Notes under the pieces: model-generated | Seen by the model: only the letters and a program-made list of their open reading frames with translations | Database searches by the model: none | Told to the model about the DNA's origin: nothing | DNA from: Candidatus Latescibacterota bacterium | GTDB taxonomy: Bacteria > Latescibacterota > UBA2968 > UBA8231 | Direction: 5' to 3' | DNA length: 64,000 nt | Assembly (NCBI GenBank): GCA_965197905.1 | Contig: CBDAOB010000003.1 | Span: 640,001 to 704,000, forward strand | Part shown: positions 29,704-38,832 of the stretch, piece after piece | Layout of the letters: the number at the start of each line of letters is the position of its first letter | Position numbering within the stretch: the stretch's first letter is position 1 | Made by a program: the position numbers and the translations under genes

Positions 29704-31215
29704 CTGCGAAATCCTACGACTGAAAACGCGGCGTCGATAGGCCGCTGGCCGACCGTAACTCTAACGCTGACCTGTGCTCTCTTTCTCTTCGGGGCAAGTT
29801 CTGCGAGCTCCGGGGACGAAGCGAAGTTGCGTTTCGCCGCCGCCGAAACCGCCGATGCCCGGGCCGCCGCTGCGGTCCTCGAGGAAGCGTATGGTCGTTT
29901 AGGCATTGAGATCGAGGTCGAATACCTCAACGGCAAGCTGGCCCTCGCCCGCGCCGACTCCGGCCTCTACGATGGCGACGCCCAGCGTATCGACGGCATC
30001 GCCCGACGTTTCCCCAATCTGATTCAGGTTCAGGTTCCGGTTAATTATCTCGAGGGAGTGGCGTTTGCCAACCGGGGCGATACCGACGTCAGCGGCTGGC
30101 ACAGCCTGCGGGACTATCGGGTCGGGATCGTGAAGGGGATACTGTTTGCCGAGGAGGGCATCCAGGGGATGGAGGTATCGCGAGCTGCATCATATGAACA
30201 GCTCGTTGGGCTGCTCATGCAGAACCGGATAGACTTAGCCATAATGCCCCGCGTAAACGGTCTTGTGGCGATCCAGGTTCCAAAGGAAGTGTCCGAGAAT
30301 AGGAGTGACATTCAGGCATCAGGCGCCGTGCTCGAGACCCTGTTCCTGTACAACTATCTCAATGCCAGGCACGAGAATCTCGTGCCCAGGGTGGAGCGTG
30401 TACTTAAAGAGATGCTTCTGGACGGAACAACGAAAAGGATACGGCATCAAGTTTACTCCGGGCTACTGGATCTCGATGCGGCGGGGCTGCCCACCAGAGC
30501 CACGCGGCGTAAGCCGGCATCACCTCCTGACTCCACTTCCAAATCCGGTTTCGAACCTCAAACCGGAACGCTGAAGCGACTCGTCATATCGACACCAGCT
30601 CTTTCCGTTACCAGCGCCGCCGCCATGGACGTGTTACGCGAGGCGTATGGACGGCTCGGCTACAAATTGGAGATGCGCCATCTAAGCTCCGCAAGCCACG
30701 CGAACGCCGGTCTGGTAGACGGGGAACTCATGCGCATCGGCGGGCTCAGCCGACGGTTCAAGAACCTCGTGCAGATACCGATTCCGGTGAACTACACGCA
30801 GGTGGTTGGGTTCGCGACAAGACTGGACGTACATATACGCGGATGGTCTAGCCTGAGACCGTACCGACTTGGAGTTATCGATGGTGTCCTGCTCACGGAG
30901 CAAGAGACCCGGGGTATGGACCGGCGTTTCGCCACGACTCCCGATCAGCTGGTCCGATGGCTCTCGGATGACCAGATAGACATAGCCGTCTTGCCGCGGG
31001 ATACGGGCTTGCTGTCCGCGGTTGAGCAAGGCGTTTCCGAGGTTCGGGAACTGCCGGGCGTGCTGGAGACGGTATTCGTGTACCACTACCTGAATACGAA
31101 ATACAAACACCTCGTCCCGGACTTGACACGGGAGCTAAAGGTGATGCTCCTATCTGGCGAGACACGGAGGCAACGCACGCAGTCATACACTCGTCTGCTG
31201 GACTCCCGTTCATAA
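29704..31215 (+). CDS. Secreted protein with two tandem substrate-binding (family 3-like) domains
   Basis: Two homologous halves (VLEEAYGRLG...RIDG...PVNY...LYNYLN and VLREAYGRLG...RIGG...PVNY...VYHYLN). The frame is open upstream of TTG 29827 through a signal-peptide-like segment. The start is uncertain (CTG 29704). Confidence 0.8.
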   Translation: MRNPTTENAASIGRWPTVTLTLTCALFLFGASSASSGDEAKLRFAAAETADARAAAAVLEEAYGRLGIEIEVEYLNGKLALARADSGLYDGDAQRIDGIARRFPNLIQVQVPVNYLEGVAFANRGDTDVSGWHSLRDYRVGIVKGILFAEEGIQGMEVSRAASYEQLVGLLMQNRIDLAIMPRVNGLVAIQVPKEVSENRSDIQASGAVLETLFLYNYLNARHENLVPRVERVLKEMLLDGTTKRIRHQVYSGLLDLDAAGLPTRATRRKPASPPDSTSKSGFEPQTGTLKRLVISTPALSVTSAAAMDVLREAYGRLGYKLEMRHLSSASHANAGLVDGELMRIGGLSRRFKNLVQIPIPVNYTQVVGFATRLDVHIRGWSSLRPYRLGVIDGVLLTEQETRGMDRRFATTPDQLVRWLSDDQIDIAVLPRDTGLLSAVEQGVSEVRELPGVLETVFVYHYLNTKYKHLVPDLTRELKVMLLSGETRRQRTQSYTRLLDSRS

Positions 31216-31220
31216 GAGCT

Positions 31221-34200
31221 ATGGAAAAGCGAGTCACACAGGGCCAGATTCAGTTTCGCTCCATCGCCATTCTAATTGCGGTTGTGGTGGCGGTCACCGC
31301 CTGCGGTTTCCACGTAGTTTACCAGCAAACACTGGAGGCGAGAAAGTCACAGCTCGAGGAACTGGTCCGCTCCCAAGGGCGGCTGATGGAGGCAGTTGGC
31401 AAGTTCAACGCGTTCTTCCAGAGCGGTTCCGAGGAAGGCGCGAGCTTTGCCGCTACCCTCTCTCAGATCAAGGAGGCTCACCGTAAGTACACCGGTTTCG
31501 GTGAAACCGGCGAGCTTGTGCTGGCGCGAAAGCAAGGCGACCAGATCGTGTTTCTGCTGCCCGTGCGCAGCAGGGATTTCCAGATTCCGCCGCCGGTCCC
31601 GTTCGAAGGCGAGATGGCAGGACCGATGCGGATGGCCCTCTCGGGTCATTCGGGTGTCATCGAAGCCCTGGATCATTCGGCGCACGAAGTGCTAGCGGCG
31701 TATGAGTACCTGCCGTTCATGGAGCTGGGGCTCGTGGCCAAGATCGACAAGTCGGAGATCCTTGACCCGTTTGTTGATGCGGCGCAGGTCTCGGGAGCCA
31801 TAGCCTTGATTGCTGTCTTGATAGCGACCCTGCTGAACGTGCGCAGTATCGGGCCTTTGATCCGCAGTATAACCGAGCGGGAAGAACGCATAAGCCTGCT
31901 GTTGGAGTCCACCCCCGACGCCATGGTCATCGTGGGCGAATCCGGTCAGATCGAGATGGCGAACAAGCGTGCCGAGACTGTCTTCGGCTACCGTCGCGAG
32001 GAACTGCTGGGTCAGGCGATAGAAATGCTAGTACCCGATCGCTTCCGTTCAGGTCATATGCAGCTTCGGGACGGCTATTTCCACGATCCGTCCGTGCGGG
32101 AAATGGGCGTCGGGCGGGAACTGGTGGGTCAGCGCAAGGATGGGTCGGAGTTTCCCGTCGAGATCAGCTTGAGTTATATCCGGACCGCGGGGCATGTTCA
32201 GGCGGTCGCCGCGGTGCGCGACATCACGGCTCGAAAAGAAGCGGAAGCCCAGGAACGGTTGGTTCATCAGGCGTCGCAACTGGCGGCGGAGTCTGCATCG
32301 TTTGAGGACTCCCTGCAGCTGTGCGTCGATCTGGTTTGCGAGACTACGGGATGGCCGGTGGCCCACGTCTATCTGCCGCCACCTGCCGAGGATGGTGCCA
32401 ATCAGCAGCTGCAGCCAAGCGGAATCTGGCACTGCCAGGACCACGTTGCTCATGGCGAGTTCCAACAGGTCACGGAGCGCACTCAGTTTGCCCGCGGCGA
32501 GGGATTGCCGGGTCGCATCTGGGAGTCGGGCGAGCCGGCCTGGATCGTCGATGTCCAGAAGGATCCGAACTTTCCACGTGCCGATTTGTGTGAATCCATC
32601 GGCGTTCGCGGCGCGTTCGGCTTTCCGATCCGCGTCCGCGACGAGACGGTGGCGATCATGGAATTCTTCGCCGAAAAGGAGTTGGCGCCAGACGAAGACT
32701 TTCTGCGCACGATGAAAACCGTCGGCGGGCAGATCGGTCGGGTGCTGGAACGACGTCGTGCCGCAGATGCTATCCGGGAAAGCAAGAACTTCCTCCTCAG
32801 TGTCATCGACAACACCACAGCTGCCATCTATGCCAAGGACCTGACGGGGCGCTACCTGCTGGTAAACCGCACACTGGCCAATACGCTCGATACGACGCCG
32901 GCCGACATGGTTGGCAAGGCACCAGACGATTTTTTCCCTCCAGAGATTGCGGCGCAGCATCTGGCGAACGACCGGAAGGTCGTCGCGGCCGGCGGTGCGA
33001 TCGCTGAAGAAGAACAAGCTCTCATAGGAAGCGAGGCCCGCACATTCCTGTCTGTGAAATTTCCCATTTTGGATGTGGCCGGCGAAGCGACGGCCGTTTG
33101 CGGTATGTCCACCGACATAACCGACCGCAAGCAGATGGAACGGGAGCTGGAAGTGGCCATGCAAACAGCAGAGGACGCCAATCAATCCAAGAGCCTCTTC
33201 CTGGCCAATATGTCCCACGAGATCCGCACCCCGATGAACGCCATTCTAGGTTTCGCCGAGATCCTGGCCGGCCTGGTGCGGGACGCTCAGCAGCGACAGT
33301 ACCTCAGTTCGATTCAGTCGAGCGGAAAATCGTTGTTGGGTCTGATCAACGACATCCTCGACCTGTCGAAGGTGGAGGCGGGCAAGCTGGATCTGGAGTA
33401 CAAGGCGTTTGACGTGGGTGGAGTGTGCAGCGAGATGGAGGCCATCTTCGCGCAAAAAATCGCCGAGAAAGCGATCGACTTCGTCGTAGAGATAGACCCG
33501 TCGCTGCCACGAGCGCTGATACTGGATGAGACACGGCTGCGGCAGATTCTGCTCAACATCATCGGCAACGCCATCAAATTCACGGATGCAGGACATGTTA
33601 AGTTGTCGGTGCTGCAGACCAATCCTCAGGAAGAAGGCAGCAAAGTCGACGTGGTCTTTGGCATAGAGGACACGGGGGTGGGAATTCCCGAAGATCAGCA
33701 GGACAAGGTGTTCGGCGCCTTCGAACAGACCAGTGGCCAGAGTTACACCAAGTTTGGTGGTACGGGACTGGGCCTGGCGATCACCAAACGCCTGATCGAG
33801 ATGATGAATGGCGAGGTGAAGCTGCGCAGCGAGGTTGGGGTTGGCAGCACCTTCGAGGTCGTGCTACAAGTCGGCAGCTGGTCTATGCCTATCTGCAGGA
33901 GTACGACTTTGAATTGTTTGAGGCCACCAACGGTGAGGAAGCGGTGGATCAAGCCCAGAGGTATCATCCCGATCTGATCCTCATGGACATGCGCATGCCG
34001 GTGATGAGCGGATACGACGCCACGATGGCCATCAAGAATGGTGAGAACACGTCTGATATCGTTGTGATCGCCTTGACCGCTTCGGTGATGAAACACGACG
34101 AAGGCAACGTAAGGGCGATCTGTGATGGCTACCTCCACAAGCCGGTAACCAAAGGTCAGCTGGTTATGGAGCTGACCCGATTCCTCGAGCACAGCCGCAC

Positions 34201-34543
34201 CGAACCCGCAGAGAAAGCGCCGTCGGCAGAACCACGATCCGGAGACGGAGAGTGGTCACACAACGAAATGGACGATGCCGCGCGTTCCCGACTGCCCGAA
34301 CTAGTGAGATTACTCGAACAACAGCGCCCGGTTTGGGAGGAAATCAGCTCCACACTGACCATCAACGATGTCGAGGAGTTCGCCTTGCGAATGCAGGAGG
34401 TCGGAATAGACTTTGCATATCCTCCTCTGGAACAGTGGGGCCGCAGGTTGGCGGATCAGGCGAGTATGTTCGACCTGGCGGCTCTGCCGGCAACGCTGGA
34501 AGAATTTTCCACGCTCATCGATCAGATTGGTGAGACAGTGTGA
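31221..34543 (+). pseudogene. Hybrid sensor kinase (Cache-like-PAS-GAF-PAS-HisKA-HATPase-REC), broken by an out-of-frame deletion near 33868
   Basis: Kinase boxes are intact to FEVVL. The REC resumes in another frame (SRQLVYAYLQEYDFELFEATNGEEA...LMDMRMP). The linker and REC beta1/DD seen in the 35066 paralog are missing. May be an assembly artefact. Confidence 0.8.
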
Positions 34544-34931
34544 CAGCAGCTGTATTGCTGCCAAATATTGATAGTCCAGTTTCTTCCCGGCAACCTTCGA
34601 CCGGTTCAACACGAGCTGACTGTGGTCGAGGAGCGTGCGCTTGGTTTACCCCATCACCCATTGGTTTGCTGATTTTCTCCGATATTTCTCTAACGCGTAG
34701 CATTCAGTGGCGTGGTAACGTATAGTGTGGTCAGTAGCTTAGAGGACAGAAGGCATATTATAGCAAATGCGTGCCAGACTGCCAATAGAAGCGGTCATCG
34801 CTGCAGGTAATGGCAGGGCAGAGCGGGGGCAAGAAGCGGGCACGCGACTTTGTGCGAGAAGCAATGGCTTGGTTCCGTTCATCGTCGTCATGTCGCATTT
34901 CGTTGGTTGTTGTGTCGTTGTTTCATTTCCG

Positions 34932-34944
34932 TAAGTTGTTGATT
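34932..34944 (-). promoter_or_regulatory. IHF consensus site
   Basis: Minus strand AATCAACAACTTA is an exact match to WATCAANNNNTTR, in an intergenic region. Confidence 0.45.
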
Positions 34945-35065
34945 TCACAGAATGTGACTCTGAATATCCCGGCGCTTCCATGCCTTTGGCTCAGGACCAA
35001 GATTTCCCAACTTGTTCGGTCAGCTACACGGAAACAGTCCCTGATCCAGGAAGAGTGATAACAAG

Positions 35066-37789
35066 ATGACGGCGGAAAACAGGCAGAGTCGTTTCCTCCG
35101 CATGGTGGTCGGCCAACCACTGTTGCTCCTCAGCTTCATCTTCATTGTCGGTTTCGCGGCTGTGCTCTGGCAGGCGACTCACCTGGCTACCTCCCTGGTG
35201 GAGTCGAGCGCTTTGAGCAGCGCCTCTCGCTATTCGAAGGTGTTGGCGGAGTTGCGCTCGCTTTACACCTCCGAAGTCGTCGACCGAGTGCAGGGTCATG
35301 CGGTGGAAATCACCCACGACTATCACGACAAGGAGGGGGCCATTCCCCTTCCCGCCACCTTGAGCATGCTGCTAGGTGAAAAGATCGGCCTGCGCGGCGA
35401 GGGCATGGAGGTACACCTATACAGCCCCCACCCTTTCCCTTGGCGTCGAGACACCGGTGGTTTGGCCGACGATTTTCGCGAGAAGGCTTGGCGACACCTG
35501 AGAGCGGAACCAGGTTTACCGTTCTACCGCTTCGAGCAGTACCGCAACCGATCATCGTTGCGCTACGCCACCGCCGATCTGATGCGCGACCAGTGTGTCA
35601 ACTGCCACAATACACACCCGGATACCCCGAAGAGCAATTGGCGAGCAGGCGACGTACGCGGAGTACTGGAGGTCATCATCCCGCTCGATGCCGTTCGGGA
35701 GGATTCCCGGTCGGGATTGTGGGCTACCATAGCCCTGCTCGTCGGTATGGGGTTGGTCAGCTTAGCGTGTCTTGCCGTAGCGATCGGCCAGATGAAACGG
35801 GGTGCCCAGCGTTTGGAAGAAGAGGTGACAAGTAGAACGGCCGATCTTCGTCAGCAGATCGCCGAGCGGGAAGAGGCGGAGAGCGGCATGCGCCAGAGCG
35901 AGGCGCACAAATCAGCTGTACTCGATTCGGCCCTGGATTGCGTAATCAGCATGGATCAACATGGCCGGATCACGGAGTTCAATCCGGCGGCAGAACGCAC
36001 CTTCGGTTATCGGCGCGAGCAAGTCATTGGGGAGTTGCTGTCCGATAAGATCGTCCCGCCAGGCTTCCGCGCAAAACATATGCAGGGGCTTGCTCACTAC
36101 CTTGAAACTGGAGAAGGGCCGGTACTGGATCAGCGTATCGAGATCTCGGGGATGCACGCAGACGGTACGGAATTTCCTGTCGAGCTGGCGATAACGCCTA
36201 TCGACGTAGGCGGTCCGCCGTCGTTCACGGCACACATTCGCGACATCACAGAGCGGATACAGGCGGAGGACGGATTGCGACACGCGGTGGAGCAGTCCGA
36301 GGCGGCTAACAAGGCCAAGAGCAGGTTCTTGGCGAACATGTCACACGAGATCCGCACACCGCTGAATGCGATCATGGGATTCACCGAGATTCTAGCGACT
36401 CGGATCGAGGATGCGACCCTGAAGAAGTATCTGGCATCGATTCGAGCCAGCGGTAAATCGTTGATCACACTCATCGACGACGTCCTGGACCTTTCTAGAG
36501 TTGGCGCCGGGAAGCTTGAGATGCATCCCCGGCCGACCGATGTGTGCGCGCTGCTTCATGAGATCGAGCTGGTCTATGCGCCCAAGGCGTCAGGAAAGGG
36601 ATTGCGACTTGAACTGGAAATCGATCCCGGGATGCCCGATGCGCTGGTAATCGACGATGGCCGCACGCGTCAAATTCTGGCCAACCTGATTGACAACGCG
36701 ATCAAATTCACCCATCAAGGCCAGGTGCGGGTGCGGGCAGCGGGCTCGCGCAAGGGCGAGGACGAGGATCGCGTAGACCTGGTCCTGTCGGTGGCGGACA
36801 CCGGCATAGGAATACCTGACGATGAACGCGAGAGCATCTTTGGTGCTTTTGATCAGCGCGAGGATCAGAGCATCAATGAGTACGGTGGGGTGGGCCGCGG
36901 CCTGGCGCTCATCAAGGCTTTCCTCGCCCAATCGGATGGCGAGATCAACCTCGAGAGTCAGGTCGGTGTAGGCAGCACCTTCACCGTCACCCTTCGGGAT
37001 GTGGAGGCGGCCACCGAGGAACAGATTGCCCAGGCGGAGGCGGAACAGACCGACCCCGATTCGGTGCAGTTCGATTCTGGAACAGTGCTGCTGGCAGATG
37101 ACGTCAAGAGCAATCGCGAGCTGGTGAAGGGGTTCCTCGACGGACAGCCTTTTCGCTTCGTGGAAGCCGAGAACGGCGAGGAGGCGATCGCCCAGACCCG
37201 CCAGGAGTCACCGTCGCTGATACTGATGGACATCAAAATGCCCGTATTGGACGGATTCTCGGCTGCACAGCGTTTGAAATCGGATCCCCAACTGCGGCAT
37301 GTGCCGGTGATCGCGCTGACTGGCTCAGTTCTTCGCGAGAGCGAGGACGAAATCTTGCAGGTGTGCGATGCGTTTCTGCGCAAACCGGTGCCGCGGGGCG
37401 ATCTCATCCGGGAGATGAGTCGGCTGCTGCCCCATCGGGTCGAGAGCTCTTCTGAAGAATCGGTGACGACCGAGCCCGCCTCCGCGTCTGAGGGCTGGAC
37501 GCCGGAGACGATGCCACCGGAACGACGGGCTCGCATGCCCGAGCTCGCGCTTGCACTTGAGGGGTTGTCTCAAACCTGGGAGGAGCTGTCAGCCACCCTT
37601 ACCATAAACGATATTGACGAGTTCGCTCAACGCGTAGGTAATTTGGGCGAGGAATACGGGCACGAGGACCTCGTTCGCTGGAGCAGTCAGCTTTCGAGGC
37701 AGGCGGTCGGATTCGATGTGGACAGAATGACCGCAACATTGAGCGAGTTTCCCGACCGACTCCGACAGATTGAAGCGATCGGTACCTAG
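35066..37789 (+). CDS. Hybrid sensor kinase with periplasmic heme c-binding (DUF3365/Tll0287-like) domain, PAS, HisKA, HATPase, REC
   Basis: CVNCH between two TM helices, plus PLPAT and GDVRGVLEV. H-box [15 protein letters not shown] with LMDIKMP. Confidence 0.92.
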   Translation: MTAENRQSRFLRMVVGQPLLLLSFIFIVGFAAVLWQATHLATSLVESSALSSASRYSKVLAELRSLYTSEVVDRVQGHAVEITHDYHDKEGAIPLPATLSMLLGEKIGLRGEGMEVHLYSPHPFPWRRDTGGLADDFREKAWRHLRAEPGLPFYRFEQYRNRSSLRYATADLMRDQCVNCHNTHPDTPKSNWRAGDVRGVLEVIIPLDAVREDSRSGLWATIALLVGMGLVSLACLAVAIGQMKRGAQRLEEEVTSRTADLRQQIAEREEAESGMRQSEAHKSAVLDSALDCVISMDQHGRITEFNPAAERTFGYRREQVIGELLSDKIVPPGFRAKHMQGLAHYLETGEGPVLDQRIEISGMHADGTEFPVELAITPIDVGGPPSFTAHIRDITERIQAEDGLRHAVEQSEAANKAKSRFLANMSHEIRTPLNAIMGFTEILATRIEDATLKKYLASIRASGKSLITLIDDVLDLSRVGAGKLEMHPRPTDVCALLHEIELVYAPKASGKGLRLELEIDPGMPDALVIDDGRTRQILANLIDNAIKFTHQGQVRVRAAGSRKGEDEDRVDLVLSVADTGIGIPDDERESIFGAFDQREDQSINEYGGVGRGLALIKAFLAQSDGEINLESQVGVGSTFTVTLRDVEAATEEQIAQAEAEQTDPDSVQFDSGTVLLADDVKSNRELVKGFLDGQPFRFVEAENGEEAIAQTRQESPSLILMDIKMPVLDGFSAAQRLKSDPQLRHVPVIALTGSVLRESEDEILQVCDAFLRKPVPRGDLIREMSRLLPHRVESSSEESVTTEPASASEGWTPETMPPERRARMPELALALEGLSQTWEELSATLTINDIDEFAQRVGNLGEEYGHEDLVRWSSQLSRQAVGFDVDRMTATLSEFPDRLRQIEAIGT

Positions 37790-37814
37790 CTGGGAATTTA
37801 GAAAGGCGACAGAC

Positions 37815-38825
37815 ATGGGAGAAAACGTCGAAGCACGAAAAGGCGAGCGCATACTGATTGTCGACGATACCCTGCAGAACATCCAGGTGCTGGGGACAGT
37901 CCTGCGCGAGCAGAACTATCAGATCAATGTCGCCCAGAACGGTATCCAGGCGTTGGAGATGGTGGAGAAGGTGGAGCCCGACCTGATCCTGTTGGATGTG
38001 ATGATGCCGGAAATGGACGGCTTCGAGGCGTGTCAACGGCTAAAGGCGGATGAGAAGACGAGGGAAATACCGATCATTTTCCTGACGGCAAAGGTGGAGA
38101 CCGAAGACGTCGTCCACGGCTTCGAGATCGGCGCCATCGACTACGTCACCAAACCGTTCAATGCCATCGAGCTGTTGGCCCGGGTCAAGACCCATCTGGA
38201 GTTGCGACGATTGCGGCAGGAGCTGCTGGAATACAACGAGCAGCTGGAAGCAAAAGTGGCTGAAAGGACGGTAGAAGTACAGCGGGCGCACAAGCAACTA
38301 GAACTTCAAGTAAGGGAATTGGACGGTCGCGACAGATTGGCCCATGCTCAAATGGAGGTGAGCAGCGCCGGCAACGGATTCGAGGCGATTCTCTCGGTTC
38401 TGCGGACCGTGCTGAATGTGGACAAAGCGAAGATCTATCTGCTCGACGAAACCGGCGACGAGCTGATTCCGAAAGCAGCACTGGGATTGGACGAGCCTGG
38501 CCAGCTGCAGGATGAAGAGGATCTCGTCGACCTGGTGCCTGTCGCCACCGGTGACCAGGATCTGGTAGCTCTTTCCCTGGCTGACGGCAAGCCCATGAGT
38601 GGAAACGACAGCGACGGTGCCGTTCCGATGATCTATGGAGATACGGCTCTTGGAGGAATCTGGGTGCAGGGCATGCGCAGTGACGGTGTTGATGAGCAGG
38701 GATTGATGGAGGTGCTGTGGCGTCTCGCCAGTGAAGCGGCTCTGGTTTGCCACGCCATAAAGCAGAGCAATGCCCTCGAAAGCGGCGACATCGACGTCTC
38801 TGCGCTGCTGGATGTGGAGGAGTGA
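37815..38825 (+). CDS. Response regulator: REC + coiled coil + GAF-like domain, no DNA-binding output
   Basis: ILIVDD...LLDVMMP...KPF. Start taken as ATG 37815. Confidence 0.88.
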   Translation: MGENVEARKGERILIVDDTLQNIQVLGTVLREQNYQINVAQNGIQALEMVEKVEPDLILLDVMMPEMDGFEACQRLKADEKTREIPIIFLTAKVETEDVVHGFEIGAIDYVTKPFNAIELLARVKTHLELRRLRQELLEYNEQLEAKVAERTVEVQRAHKQLELQVRELDGRDRLAHAQMEVSSAGNGFEAILSVLRTVLNVDKAKIYLLDETGDELIPKAALGLDEPGQLQDEEDLVDLVPVATGDQDLVALSLADGKPMSGNDSDGAVPMIYGDTALGGIWVQGMRSDGVDEQGLMEVLWRLASEAALVCHAIKQSNALESGDIDVSALLDVEE

Positions 38826-38832
38826 GGGGATT

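Noticed and set aside
34570..34700. c-di-GMP-I riboswitch (GCAAACC...GGTTGCC on the minus strand)
   Set aside because: It lacks the GAAA tetraloop and GACGCAAA junction, and there is no downstream gene on that strand.
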